Shown here piece after piece: positions 1 through 10,417 of a stretch of DNA of 64,000 nt. Numbering within the stretch: position 1 is the stretch's first letter; every line of letters starts with the position of its first letter. Source of the DNA: an uncultured Acidobacteriota bacterium (lineage in GTDB: Bacteria > Acidobacteriota > Vicinamibacteria > Vicinamibacterales > SCN-69-37); contig CAVSQJ010000002.1 of NCBI GenBank assembly GCA_963730095.1, positions 2,171,844 to 2,235,843 on the forward strand, read 5' to 3'. The position numbers were made by a program, and so were the translations under genes. The notes under the pieces were generated by a model. It ran no database searches, was not told where the DNA came from, and saw nothing but the letters and a program-made list of their open reading frames with translations.

Positions 1-27
1 CCGATCCCCCCTTGCCCATTGCCGATG
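1..27. repeat. Right arm of a dispersed REP-like palindrome (family A), truncated by the window edge
   Basis: CCGATCCCCCCTTGCCCATTGCCGATG nearly matches the right arm of the palindrome at 38241-38305. Confidence 0.7.
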
Positions 28-31
28 ACGT

Positions 32-904
32 ATGTCGCTGCGCTTTGAAGACGACTTTCTCAAGAAGCTCGAGTACCTGCACGTCGTCTCGAAGCGGGCA
101 TTCGTGGGCCAGAACCGGGCCGATCGCCTCGCGCCGAAGCGCGGCCGCGGGCTCGAGTTCGCGGACCACCGGCAGTACGCGCCCGGCGACGATTTCCGCC
201 ACATCGACTGGAAGGCTTATCAGCGGCTGAACCGCCTGCTCCTGCGGCTGTTCGACGAGGAGCAGGACCTGCCGATCTACTTGTTCATCGACGCGAGCCG
301 ATCGATGGCCGAGAGCGCCAAGTTCGATCAGGCGCGGCGCATCGCGGCGGCCCTGACGTACGTCGGCCTTGCGCACCTCGATCGGATCACGATTCTTCCG
401 TTTGCCAGCGCGCTCGGCGACGAGACGAACCCCGGGCGCGGGAAGGGCCGCATCTTCCGGGTGTTCGAGCAGCTCGAGCGCCTGGATTCGAGCGGGCCGA
501 CCGATCTTCGCCAGGCGTTCTCGTCGTTCGCATCGCGCGGCCGGCAGCGCGGGCTCGCGGTCGTCATTTCCGACTTCCTCGATCCGAATGGATTCGAGCC
601 CGGTCTGAAGATTCTGGCGGCGCTCGGCCACGACGTGTTCGTCATCCACGTCGCGTCGAATCGCGACCGCGATCCGGGCGCGTTTGGCGAGGCCAGGTTC
701 GTCGACGCCGAGACGGGCGACGTGCGCGACGTCGACGTCACCCCCGCGCTCGCGGCCGCGTATGGCGAGGCGTGGCAGGCGCACGCCGACGAGCTCGAGC
801 ACTTCTGCGGCCGGTACAACATCGGTTTCGTGCGGGCCGACGCCGAGGCGCCGTTCGAAGACATCATCCTGCAGACGTTCCGGAAGGGCCGGTTCCTCGC
901 ATGA
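32..904 (+). CDS. DUF58 family vWA-domain protein (MoxR-associated)
   Basis: GLEFADHRQYAPGDDFRHIDWK, DASRSM MIDAS-like motif, VVISDF. Confidence 0.9.
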   Translation: MSLRFEDDFLKKLEYLHVVSKRAFVGQNRADRLAPKRGRGLEFADHRQYAPGDDFRHIDWKAYQRLNRLLLRLFDEEQDLPIYLFIDASRSMAESAKFDQARRIAAALTYVGLAHLDRITILPFASALGDETNPGRGKGRIFRVFEQLERLDSSGPTDLRQAFSSFASRGRQRGLAVVISDFLDPNGFEPGLKILAALGHDVFVIHVASNRDRDPGAFGEARFVDAETGDVRDVDVTPALAAAYGEAWQAHADELEHFCGRYNIGFVRADAEAPFEDIILQTFRKGRFLA

Positions 905-2658
905 GCTTCCTCGCGATGCCGGCGTGGCAGGCGTGGCTGCTCGTGGGCGGCGTCGGCGCGTTCGCCGCGTGGCTCTTCTTCCGCAAGGTCCGTCCGCCGC
1001 GGGTGGACGTGCCATCGCTGTTGTTGTGGCGGCGCGTGTTCGATCAGTCGCGCGCGCTCTCGTGGTGGGAGCGCGTGCGGCGCGCGGTGTCGCTCGTCGC
1101 GACCGTGCTCGTCGCCATCCTGCTTGCCCTGGCCGTCGCTCGGCCCGTGCCGGGGCCGGCCGCCGCGGCGCACGGCCGGCTGCTCGTCGTGCTCGACTCG
1201 TCGACGTCGATGCTCGCCCGCACCGCCGACGGACGCACGCGATGGCAGCACGCCGTGGCGCTTGCGCGCCGCCTGCTCGGGTCCGCCGGCGGCGCGGACG
1301 TCTCGCTCGCCACGACCGGCGAGGGCCTCGTCGAGGGCCCGACCGCTGACACCGCGCTCGTCGAGAGCGCGCTTGATCGCCTCGCGCCCGTCGGCGGCGA
1401 CGACGTGCCGTGGCCGCGCGTGTCTGGCACCGACACCGTGCACTTCGTCACCGATGGCGCGCGCGAACGGCCGATCGATCCCACGGTCGTCATCCACTCC
1501 GTTTTCGAATCGTCACCGAACGTGGCCGTGTCCGCGCTCGCCGTCCGGCCCGCGACCTCGCCGGCCTCGCCTGGGGAGGCCTACTTCGAGGTCGCCAACT
1601 ACGCGTCGGCGCAGCAGGTGCGCGTCACGCTCACGCGCGGCCGGGACACGCTCGTCGATCAATCGGTCGCCATTGGCGCCTCGGAAGTGGTGCGGCAGGT
1701 CGTGCCGCTGCCGGCCGGCGGCGATCCGCGCCTGCGCGCGCATGTGAGCGCGTCAGAGAACGCGCTCGCCGAAGACGATGACGCCGTGGCGTGGATTGCC
1801 GAGGCGCAGCCGCTGGCGGTCACGGTGGTGACCGAGCAGGCGAACGCGCTCGCGCCGCTGCTGCAGCACGCGCCAGGCGTGACGACGACCTTCGTCACGC
1901 CGGCGGCGTATCGAGCTGGCGTGGCCGATGTCCTGATCTTCGATCGCTGGCTGCCAGCCGAAGCGCCGAAGACGCCTTCGCTGGCTGTCGCGCCGCCAGA
2001 CGCCGCATGGCTCGGGCGCGCGGGGGGCGTCGAGCGCGCGCCGCGATGGACGAACGCCGGATCGCACGACGTGCTCGCCGGGATCGATCCGCTGACACTC
2101 GACGTTGCGCGCGCGGTCGCGTACGACGGCGCCGGCATCGACGCCATCGCCTCGTCCGATGCGGGCACGCCGCTCGTCGAGGTCGTCGATCGGCCCGACC
2201 GGCGCATGGTCATTCTCACGTTCGGGCTCGGCGACTCGAACCTCGCGGTCGCGCCGGCGTTTCCCGTGCTCGTCGGCAACGCGCTCGAGTGGCTGGCGCG
2301 TCCGGACGGCGGCGAGCCGCGCGCGCCTGGACTGGTCGCGCTGTCGGCCAGCACGAAGACGATCGCGGGTCCCGACGGAAGACCGGTCGAGATCGCGCGC
2401 GCCGGGCACGCGGCCTACGCGCGTTTCGTCGCGCCAGGGTTCTACGACGTCGACGCGGGCGGATCGCATCGGATGATCGCCGTCAACGCCGGCGCGCCGG
2501 CGACGTCGAATCTCACGCGCACGTCGCTGCCCGAGGCCGCCCGCGGCGCGGGCGGCGCGCTGCCGTCCGGCCGCGCGTGGTGGCTGTACCTGGCAGGCAT
2601 CGCCGTCGCGCTCGTCACCATCGAGTGGTGGACGTGGAATCGGCGGCTCACCGTATAG
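901..2658 (+). CDS. BatA-like N-terminal membrane domain + vWA protein
   Basis: ATG at 901 overlaps the DUF58 stop (ATGA); VPSLLLW...LALAVARP BatA-type N-terminus; LDSSTSM MIDAS; C-terminal TM ending IEWW. Confidence 0.8.
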   Translation: MSFLAMPAWQAWLLVGGVGAFAAWLFFRKVRPPRVDVPSLLLWRRVFDQSRALSWWERVRRAVSLVATVLVAILLALAVARPVPGPAAAAHGRLLVVLDSSTSMLARTADGRTRWQHAVALARRLLGSAGGADVSLATTGEGLVEGPTADTALVESALDRLAPVGGDDVPWPRVSGTDTVHFVTDGARERPIDPTVVIHSVFESSPNVAVSALAVRPATSPASPGEAYFEVANYASAQQVRVTLTRGRDTLVDQSVAIGASEVVRQVVPLPAGGDPRLRAHVSASENALAEDDDAVAWIAEAQPLAVTVVTEQANALAPLLQHAPGVTTTFVTPAAYRAGVADVLIFDRWLPAEAPKTPSLAVAPPDAAWLGRAGGVERAPRWTNAGSHDVLAGIDPLTLDVARAVAYDGAGIDAIASSDAGTPLVEVVDRPDRRMVILTFGLGDSNLAVAPAFPVLVGNALEWLARPDGGEPRAPGLVALSASTKTIAGPDGRPVEIARAGHAAYARFVAPGFYDVDAGGSHRMIAVNAGAPATSNLTRTSLPEAARGAGGALPSGRAWWLYLAGIAVALVTIEWWTWNRRLTV

Positions 2659-2670
2659 CGAAGTGAGCCG

Positions 2671-2708
2671 CATGAAGGGCATGAAGGCAATGAAGGACAT
2701 GAAGGGGG
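2671..2708 (+). repeat. 9-bp tandem repeat (CATGAAGGG-like x4)
   Basis: catgaaggg catgaaggc aatgaagga catgaaggg; the same unit recurs at 50642-50725. Confidence 0.75.
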
Positions 2709-2718
2709 CGAGCGAGGC

Positions 2719-5307
2719 GTGTTGACGCTGACGGCGCCCGCCGCGCTCTGGCTCGTCGCCGCCGCGGGCGCGGTGTGGGTCGTGATGCGCTTTGCGCGGA
2801 CGAACTTCAATCCGCGCCAGCGGCTGCTCCAGACGGCCGTGCGGTCGCTGCTCGTCATCGTGCTTGCGCTGGCGCTCGCGCGGCCGGTCGTCTCGCTGGC
2901 GACGACGCAGGAGTCGATGGTCTTTGCCGTGGACGTGTCGGCGAGCGTGTCGAGCAAGGCGATCGCCGGCGCCGCGGCGCGCATCGACGAGCAACTCAAC
3001 GCCGTTCATCCGGCGCACTGGCGGATCGTCGTGTTCGGCCGCGACGCGGCGCCGGTCGACGACACGGCGGCGCTCCGACGAATCGGCGAGCGCGACGTGC
3101 GCCCCGACCGGCAGGACATAGTCGATCGCACCGGCACCGATCTCGAGCGCGCGCTCGACGCCGCGCGCGCCGAGCTTCGGCCGGGCGCCGTCCCGCGGGT
3201 GGTGCTGTTCTCCGACGGCCGCGCGACCGAGGGCGACACGCGCGCGGCCACCGAGCGGCTTGCGGCGGCTGGCGTGCCGGTCTCGGTCGAGCCGCTCTCG
3301 CCGCGAGACCTGGGCGACACGTGGGTCGACGCGATCTCGCTGCCGTCGACCGTGGCGCCAGGCGCACTCGTGACCGCGACGGTCACGGCCGGCAGCCAGC
3401 GCGCGGCCTCCGCACTGGTCGAGCTGCGGGACGGGGCGCGCGTGCTCGGCAGCAGGATCGTTCAGCTCGCGGTCGGCGAGACCGGCGTGCCGTTCGACGT
3501 CACGTTCGATCGCTCGGGCTCGCACGTGCTGGACGCGACCGTCACCGCGTCCGGCGATCCGCTTCCGGTCAACAATGTGCTCCGCCGCGAGGTCGTCGTC
3601 GCGCCGCAGGCGCGCGTGCTGTACATCGACGGCACGCCCGACAGCGCGAAGTACCTGCAGAACGCGCTCACGCAGTCGGGATTTGCCGTCACCGCGGGCG
3701 GCCCGCCGCAACTGCCGACGACGGCCGACGCGCTCGAGCCGTGGGACGTGGTCATCCTCAGCGACGTCCCGCGATCGGCGATCCCGGATGCGGCGATGTC
3801 GGCGCTTTCGGCGTGGGTCGAGCAGCGCGGCGGCGGCCTCCTCGTCGCGGGCGGTGAATCCGTCTTCGGCGAAGGCGGCGCCGGCGGCTACCGAAAGACG
3901 GAGCTCGAGCGGCTGACGCCGGTCACGTTCGAGCGCAAGGACGAGCCCGAGGTCGCGCTCATCATCGTCCTCGACAAATCGTGGAGCATGGCCGGCCAGC
4001 AGATGGAGCTCTGCAAGACGGCGGCGCAGGCCGCGGTCGACGTCATGACCGACGAGCAGCTCGTCGGCGTCGTCACGTTCAACGACGAGCTGAACTGGGA
4101 CGTGACGCTCCGCAACGTCGGCAGGAACCGCGCGATGATCAAGAAGGCGATCGCGGCGATCGAGCCGAGCGGCCACACGCTGATCTATCCCGCGATCGAA
4201 CAGGCGTATCTCGCGCTCAAGAACGCGCGCGCCCGCGCCAAGCACGTCGTGCTGCTCTCGGACGGCCGGTCGTACCCCGACGATTACGAGGGGCTCGTGA
4301 AGAAGATGGTGAGCGAGAAGATGACCGTGTCGTCGATTGCCGTCGGCCCGGCTGCGGACCGCGAGCTGCTCGGCAACATCGCGACCTGGGGCCAGGGCCG
4401 CAGCTACGTCGTCGAGGACGCGAAGGAAGTGCCGCAGATCTTCGTCAAGGAAGCGAAGAGCTCGACCAATCCGAGCTTCGACGAGAAGCCGCTCAAGGCG
4501 GTGCTCAAGACGCGGGCGTTTCTCGAGGGCGTGGACATGGCGACTGCCCCGGCGCTGCACGGCCGCACGGCGACGGTGCTCAAGGACGGCGCGATCGAGC
4601 TCGTCGAGACGCCCGAGCACGATCCGCTGCTCGCGTTCTGGCCGATCGGGCTGGGCCGCACGGCGGTGTTTGCGTCGGATGTGAAGGATCGGTGGGCGAG
4701 CGACTGGATCAAGTGGCGCGGCTACGGTCCGTTCTTCGCGTCGACGGTGCGCGCGGTCCAGCGCCAGCGTCCCGCGCCAATCGCGCTCGAGGTCGAGCCG
4801 GGTCCCGCGCGAGGCGCGACGCGATCGATCGCGGTCGCGATCGAGGCGCGCGACGCGTCGGGGCGGTATCGCGACTTGCTCAAGCCGATCGTGCACGTCG
4901 AATCCACGCGCGGCCTCACGACGGACGTCGCCGCACATCAGACCGCGCCCGGTCGCTACGAAGCGAGCCTCGTCGTCGAGGCCGCCGACGGACTGACGCT
5001 CGCGGTTGCCGGCGAGCCGGAGACCACGCGCGTCGTCGTGCCTGACGTGAACGACGAATACCGCTTGCGGCCGCCGGACGAGCCTGGACTCAAAGCGCTG
5101 GCGGAGGCGACCGGGGGCGTGTGGCAGCCGTCGCCGGCCGCGCTCGCGAGCACCGGCGCGCATCGTTCGGCGCGGCGTGCGCTCTGGCCCGCGCTGGTCG
5201 TGCTCGCGCTCGGACTCTGGCTGCTCGACGTCTGGCTACGCCGCGTGCGCGTCTTCGAGCGCCCGATTGCCGCGGAGGTCAGTTCGGCGATCCGCCGCTC
5301 AGCTTGA
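2719..5307 (+). CDS. Double vWA-domain membrane protein with a class I glutamine-amidotransferase-like middle domain
   Basis: DVSAS and DKSWS MIDAS motifs, two SDG motifs, GGGLLVAGG, GLGRTAVFASD, terminal TM segments. Confidence 0.85.
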   Translation: MLTLTAPAALWLVAAAGAVWVVMRFARTNFNPRQRLLQTAVRSLLVIVLALALARPVVSLATTQESMVFAVDVSASVSSKAIAGAAARIDEQLNAVHPAHWRIVVFGRDAAPVDDTAALRRIGERDVRPDRQDIVDRTGTDLERALDAARAELRPGAVPRVVLFSDGRATEGDTRAATERLAAAGVPVSVEPLSPRDLGDTWVDAISLPSTVAPGALVTATVTAGSQRAASALVELRDGARVLGSRIVQLAVGETGVPFDVTFDRSGSHVLDATVTASGDPLPVNNVLRREVVVAPQARVLYIDGTPDSAKYLQNALTQSGFAVTAGGPPQLPTTADALEPWDVVILSDVPRSAIPDAAMSALSAWVEQRGGGLLVAGGESVFGEGGAGGYRKTELERLTPVTFERKDEPEVALIIVLDKSWSMAGQQMELCKTAAQAAVDVMTDEQLVGVVTFNDELNWDVTLRNVGRNRAMIKKAIAAIEPSGHTLIYPAIEQAYLALKNARARAKHVVLLSDGRSYPDDYEGLVKKMVSEKMTVSSIAVGPAADRELLGNIATWGQGRSYVVEDAKEVPQIFVKEAKSSTNPSFDEKPLKAVLKTRAFLEGVDMATAPALHGRTATVLKDGAIELVETPEHDPLLAFWPIGLGRTAVFASDVKDRWASDWIKWRGYGPFFASTVRAVQRQRPAPIALEVEPGPARGATRSIAVAIEARDASGRYRDLLKPIVHVESTRGLTTDVAAHQTAPGRYEASLVVEAADGLTLAVAGEPETTRVVVPDVNDEYRLRPPDEPGLKALAEATGGVWQPSPAALASTGAHRSARRALWPALVVLALGLWLLDVWLRRVRVFERPIAAEVSSAIRRSA

Positions 5308-6855
5308 GGTCCTGCGCCTTCTTCTCGCCGTCGGCCAGCCTGATCTTGAGCGATGCGGCCGCGAGCTGCTCGAGAAACGTCGCGTCGGACATGTCCGCCT
5401 GATCGAGGTCTGTCAGCGCGACCATGTAGTACTCGCCGGGCGGCAGTCCGACCATCCGAAACTTTCCATCCGCGTCGGGCCGCATCGTGCGCACGCGGCG
5501 GGAGCCGGGCGTCCAGAACGCGCGGTCCGTCGTGAACGTGACGACCCAGTACTCCGGCGTCGGCTTGCCCTTCGAGTCCAGCAGGTGTCCCGACAGCTCG
5601 GTCGGATGATCAGTGAACGTGATGACGACGCCGCTGACGTCACCGGTCGAGATCTCGAGGGCGCCATCCAGAGTCTCGACGCCCCCCGAGAGGACCGACC
5701 TGACCACCCATGTCGGCGTTGGTGATGCGGTCGTGGTCGTCGACGACGGCCCGGGCACGGAGGCGTTCAGTCGATACCGTCCTGGCGTCGCGCCCGTCAG
5801 TGTAAATGTGCCATCGGGATTGATCTCCGGCGGCGCGCCGCCCATCGTGATCGTCGTCGTGGTCGTGCCCGTACTCGGCGCCGGGCCGAGGTTCAGCCGG
5901 ACCTTCGACAGGTCAGGAGGCGGTGGTGTCCCGCCCTCGAAGACGAGGCGGCCGCTCACGCCGAGGGCGCGATCGGCAGCGCGCGCTGGCCCATCGTCTG
6001 TGCCTGCACCTGCTGATCTCCGATCCGGATGCCGCCCGGGCTCGGGAATGGCGCGTTGCTGGCGCTGATCTCCCTCATGAAGTCCGACGACGCGGAGCCG
6101 CCGGAAGTGATGGCGTTCATGTAGGCTTCGACGTTCGACGCGGGCACGGTGGTGGTGGTCTGCGGGATCGTCACGACGTAATCGGCGGGCGTCAGCGCGT
6201 CGAATCGATAGAGGCCGCGATCGTCGGTCGTCGCTAGCAGGCCCGGCACGAGCGTGCGCCGCGCGCCGATCGTCGCCGCGCGCAGGACCCTGACGTAGGC
6301 GCCAACGACGGGCTCGCCGGCTTCGTCGACAACGTGCCCGCTCAGGCTCGCGTACCGCCAAAGTTTGATCGTCGCATCGCCGACGTGACCGTCGTCGGGA
6401 AGATCGATCGCGCGCGATGGGCCGCCGATGACGTGCTGCCCGAACGCGCCCGTCACGTAGCCAGGCGCCGTCGCGGTCACGCGATACGAGCCGCCGCGCA
6501 GGTCGTGATACACGAACTGCCCGGAGCTGTTGGTCATGAGCCGCGTGTTGGCCCCGGCCGCCATCGCCTGCAGGATCGCAGGGTCGTCCGGCGCTGCCAG
6601 CGCTCCGTTGAGGACTGCCGCCAGCGGCGGCGCGGGTGAGCCGCCATTGACCGTGACGACCGCGCCGGCGATCGGCTGGCCTGTTGACGCGTCCACGACC
6701 TGGCCGAGGATGAAGCCGGTCGGCGGTTTCTGATACGGCTGCGGCATCGACGCCCCGGCGCCAGTTTGAGGCGGCGGGGTCTGGCCGGCGAGGGGCGGCG
6801 CGACACCTCCGGCCAGGGCGACCAGGAGTGTCAGCCGGACGAACCGTGTCGGCAT
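5279..6855 (-). CDS. Secreted carboxypeptidase-regulatory-like (Cna-B type) repeat protein, frameshifted near 5960
   Basis: Signal peptide; repeats of G-x-VVDxxGxP...TDDRGxYRF; ORFs 5956..6855 and 5279..6361 supply the N- and C-terminal halves. Confidence 0.75.
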
Positions 6856-6921
6856 TGGTCCTCCGCAGTAGGACGCGTGACCGGTCGTGATGGATTGCCC
6901 GACATTATCGCATCCACAATC

Positions 6922-6957
6922 GTTCGTTTTGACGAACTATCGACCGGCCGGTAGATT
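6922..6957 (+). promoter_or_regulatory. Sigma70-type promoter of marR with an overlapping inverted repeat (candidate MarR operator)
   Basis: TTGACG(6929)-17 nt-TAGATT(6952); GTTCGT-N4-ACGAAC palindrome over the -35; start codon 6 nt after the -10, suggesting a leaderless mRNA. Confidence 0.6.
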
Positions 6958-6963
6958 CTGCCT

Positions 6964-7422
6964 GTGACCATCGACCAGGCGATCGAGCGCGTCCAGTTCA
7001 GCTATCCGCAGGTCTACTACGCGTGTCATACGCGGCACGAGCGCCGACGCTCCAGCGCGTCGCGGCTTTCGGCCCGCGACGCCGAGCTTCTCGTTCACCT
7101 CGATCGCTCCGCGCCGACGACACTCTCCGAGCTGGCGCGGCACATGGATCTGGCGCGATCGACGCTGTCGGAAGCCGTGAGCGCGCTCGAGACGCTCGGC
7201 TACGTCACGAAGTCCGGCGCTGGTGTGCGCGACCGGCGGCACGTGGCCGTTGTCCTGACGACGCGCGGCGTCGACGCGGTGCGGTCGTCGTCGGTGCTCG
7301 AAACGTGGCGGCTGGGCGTCGTCCTCGGCCGTCTGGCGGAGCGTGATCGCGCGGCGGCGGTGCGCGGTCTCGACCTGCTCGCGCGCGCCTCGCGGCCTGC
7401 GCCGTCGCGGAAAGGCAGGTAG
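6964..7422 (+). CDS. MarR family transcriptional regulator
   Basis: TLSELARHMDLARSTLSEAVSALETLGYV...DRRHVAVVLTTRG winged helix. Confidence 0.9.
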   Translation: MTIDQAIERVQFSYPQVYYACHTRHERRRSSASRLSARDAELLVHLDRSAPTTLSELARHMDLARSTLSEAVSALETLGYVTKSGAGVRDRRHVAVVLTTRGVDAVRSSSVLETWRLGVVLGRLAERDRAAAVRGLDLLARASRPAPSRKGR

Positions 7423-7425
7423 CGC

Positions 7426-7929
7426 GTGCTCAAGTGGACACTCATCGTCGGCCTGGGGCTTGTAGCGATCGTAATCTTCGTCGCGATCGCCGGCGCGCTG
7501 CTGCCGAAGGGACATCGCGCGTCGCGCACGGCGACGATCGCCGCGCCGCCCGCGGTGATCTTCGGCGTGATCACGGATTTCGCGCGCGGAGCTGAATGGC
7601 GCCGCGACGTCAAGGAAGTCGAGGTCCTGCCCGATGATGGGCGAGGACGGATGATCCGCGAGCACGGATCGCACGGCGTCGTCCCGTACCGCGTCGAGGT
7701 CTTCGATCCGCCGGCGCGCCTCGTGATGCGCATTGCCGATCCGTCGCTGCCGTACGGCGGATCGTGGACGTACGAGCTGCGGCCTGACGCTGAGGGTGCG
7801 AGCCTGACGATCACCGAAGAGGGCGAGGTCTACAACCCGATCTTCCGGTTCATGCAGAAAGTGCTCTTCTCGCCGTACACGACGATGGACCAGTACATCG
7901 AAGACCTCAAGAAGCGTCTGTCGTCCTAG
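7426..7929 (+). CDS. SRPBCC / polyketide cyclase-like protein with N-terminal TM
   Basis: ATIAAPPAVIFGVITDF...W, GSWTYEL; co-oriented 3 nt after marR. Confidence 0.8.
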   Translation: MLKWTLIVGLGLVAIVIFVAIAGALLPKGHRASRTATIAAPPAVIFGVITDFARGAEWRRDVKEVEVLPDDGRGRMIREHGSHGVVPYRVEVFDPPARLVMRIADPSLPYGGSWTYELRPDAEGASLTITEEGEVYNPIFRFMQKVLFSPYTTMDQYIEDLKKRLSS

Positions 7930-8651
7930 GTCCTGAGCTCGCGCACCGCGAGTGCGAACGCCCGTCGCAGCATTGCCGGCGTCAGCCGGCCGGTGTTCGT
8001 GTTCTGTCGGCTGGGATGGTAGGCCGAGACGATCGATGGCGCGCCCGGCAGGCGAGCGACGCTGGCGTGCTCGAAGGGGGGCCGCTTCTTTGGCCACCGG
8101 CCCTCAGCACGCAGACGCGCGGCGTGATCTTCCGCGACGAGCCGCCAGCATGCGTCGTACGCGATGCGCCCGAGCGCGACGATCACCCGGACGTTCGGCA
8201 GCGCGCCGAGCTCGGCGCGCAGGTGCGGATGGCAGGCGGCGATTTCGCGCGGCGTCGGCTTGTTGTCCGGCGGCGCGCACCGCACGGCCGCGGCGATCCA
8301 CGCGTCGGTGAGCGCGAGGCCGTCGTTCGCGTGCCGTGACGTCGGCTGGCTGGCCAGGCCGTTGGCGTGCATCGCGGCCATCAGAAAATCTCCGGAGCCG
8401 CCGGGCCCGTCGCCCGTGAAATTCCTCCCCGTGCGATTGGCGCCGTGCGCGGCCGGTGCCAGGCCGACGATCGCGATGCGTGCGTGCGGGTCGCCGAACC
8501 CCGGCACCGGCTTGCCCCAATACGCGTCGTTCCGGTACGCCGCACGCTTCTCGCGCGCGACGCGCTCGCAGTAGCGGCGCAATCGCGGACATCGCTCGCA
8601 GTGAATGATGGCGTCGCGGGCTTCGAGCAGATTGAGCATGACGCTGGTCAC
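7926..8651 (-). CDS. Uracil-DNA glycosylase, family 5 (UdgB-like, 4Fe-4S)
   Basis: CERCPRL, GLAPAAHGANRTGR, VRCAPPDNKP, YHPSRQNTNTGRLT. Confidence 0.92.
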   Translation of the reverse strand: MTSVMLNLLEARDAIIHCERCPRLRRYCERVAREKRAAYRNDAYWGKPVPGFGDPHARIAIVGLAPAAHGANRTGRNFTGDGPGGSGDFLMAAMHANGLASQPTSRHANDGLALTDAWIAAAVRCAPPDNKPTPREIAACHPHLRAELGALPNVRVIVALGRIAYDACWRLVAEDHAARLRAEGRWPKKRPPFEHASVARLPGAPSIVSAYHPSRQNTNTGRLTPAMLRRAFALAVRELRT

Positions 8652-10417
8652 TGAAGATTGAGCACGTCGAGTCGCGGCGCGTCGTCCTCATTGTCGTCGA
8701 CGACGACGGTGGAGCGGCGCGCAAAATGCAGGGACATCGTACCGAGAACGATGACGCCGAGTACGACGAAGAGCGCGAGCGGCCGCTGGACGGCGAGCAT
8801 GCCGAGTGCCGGCGCGACGTTCGTAAACAGGAGGAACGCGAAGAAGTATGCGGGCCACCACGTGCGCAGATGTCCCGTGCGCGGCCGCCACGCTTCCGCG
8901 CAGGGCACCGCAAGCGTGCGCCACAGCAGCGCCTCGATGAGCAGAGCGCCCATGGCGAGCCCAGCGGCGAGATGGCTCACGGCGAACCACGCGCCCCAGG
9001 CGTGCCATGCGATGGGGAGGAACGCGAGCTGAGGCGCGACGACCGCGACCAGAAACATCACGCGCCACAGCGCCGCGCGCGCACGCCAGCGATCCGGACC
9101 GGTCACGTCGAAAATCCATGCCGCTCGCAGATCACCTGGCAGGACGGCGGCGAAGCGCAGGCCGGCCGCCAGGCACGCCATGACGTAGTAGGGAATGGCC
9201 AGCAGCGGAACCGATCGCCAGCTCAAGGGCTGGTCCAGGAGTCCTGCCGAGCCGATCGCGAGCGGCACGGCGAACGCAAGCGCGATCCCGACCGCCATCG
9301 CGACGACGAATCGATGCCGCTCGACACGCCCGAGCGTCGCCAGCAGGAATTGCGCGGCTGCGCGGGTCGTCGGGTCGCGAGCGAGGAGCTGCGGCAGAAA
9401 TCGTGACAGCCGCGCGCGCCGTGCGGTGCCGTCGTCAACGTTCTCGACCGCCGCGACCGCCATGCGACGGTACGCGAGCGGATAGGTCACGAGCACCAGC
9501 CCGAGCGCGCCGGCCAAGGCGAGCAGGCCCGTTCCGGCCAGCTCGCGCAGGCGCGGCTCCGTCGTCCCGGACACCTCCTCGTAGACGCCGAGAAACCAGA
9601 TGGGCGGCGTCCGCAGTGTCCACGGTCGGGCAATCGCCTCGGGTCCCGACGTCGGATGCGCCGTGCGCGTCCGGCCGTGAAGGTGCACGACGAGCGGCGG
9701 CACGCCTGCGTCCTCGAGCGAGCGGACCGCCGAGCCGCCGATGAGCGGCAGCGCGATCAGGCTTTCGAGCACGAGCACGGCGAGCAGCAGCTGGACGATC
9801 GGCGAGATGCGGGCGAACAGCCGTGGGCCGAACGTCGCGAGCAGCAGCCCCTGGAGGCCGCACACCGCGAGGAACACGAACGCCGATCCGAGCGACGAGG
9901 CCACGAAGTGCGCGACGATGCCGCGCAGCGCGAATGAGACGTCGCCGAAGTTGCCGAGCAGCACGCCATAGGAGAACGACGCCAGCGCGTGCATGCCGAC
10001 GATGAGCATGCCGGCGTACGCGCCGAGGGCGACGAGCTTGGCGGCGACGATCGTCCGACCGCGAAGCGGCTGCGCGCCGAGCACCAGCGTGTCGCGTCGA
10101 TCGACGAGCAGCGAGCTCCACACGATCGTGGCGGCCGCGCCGGCGACGATCATGCCGAGGCCGAGGTAGACCGTCTTGTCCATCCACGCCAGGCGGCGGA
10201 CGCCCTCGGCGCCAAGCACGTAGTTCATCGTGGTCCACTTCGTCAGCGCGATGAACGGAATGCAGAGCCCCGGCGGGACGATCACGCTCAGCAGCCACAG
10301 GAACGATCCGCGAAGATCGTTCGAGCCGGCCGTGATCTCGTTCTCGAAAAATCGAAACAGAAACGCACGCGTGAGCGCGCGGAGCTGGGCGCCTTCGCCA
10401 CGCGTGGGGCTGGTCAC
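8648..10417 (-). CDS. Multi-pass membrane protein, probable ABC permease
   Basis: 589 aa with more than 10 hydrophobic segments; coupled to the upstream ABC ATPase. Confidence 0.7.
   Translation of the reverse strand: MTSPTRGEGAQLRALTRAFLFRFFENEITAGSNDLRGSFLWLLSVIVPPGLCIPFIALTKWTTMNYVLGAEGVRRLAWMDKTVYLGLGMIVAGAAATIVWSSLLVDRRDTLVLGAQPLRGRTIVAAKLVALGAYAGMLIVGMHALASFSYGVLLGNFGDVSFALRGIVAHFVASSLGSAFVFLAVCGLQGLLLATFGPRLFARISPIVQLLLAVLVLESLIALPLIGGSAVRSLEDAGVPPLVVHLHGRTRTAHPTSGPEAIARPWTLRTPPIWFLGVYEEVSGTTEPRLRELAGTGLLALAGALGLVLVTYPLAYRRMAVAAVENVDDGTARRARLSRFLPQLLARDPTTRAAAQFLLATLGRVERHRFVVAMAVGIALAFAVPLAIGSAGLLDQPLSWRSVPLLAIPYYVMACLAAGLRFAAVLPGDLRAAWIFDVTGPDRWRARAALWRVMFLVAVVAPQLAFLPIAWHAWGAWFAVSHLAAGLAMGALLIEALLWRTLAVPCAEAWRPRTGHLRTWWPAYFFAFLLFTNVAPALGMLAVQRPLALFVVLGVIVLGTMSLHFARRSTVVVDDNEDDAPRLDVLNLQ

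Noticed and set aside
1753-5163. Long antisense or alternative-frame ORFs (1136 aa here; also 56400-58400, 35801-37300 and others)
   Set aside because: Shadow ORFs caused by high GC; Arg/Ala-rich without motifs and overlapping well-supported genes
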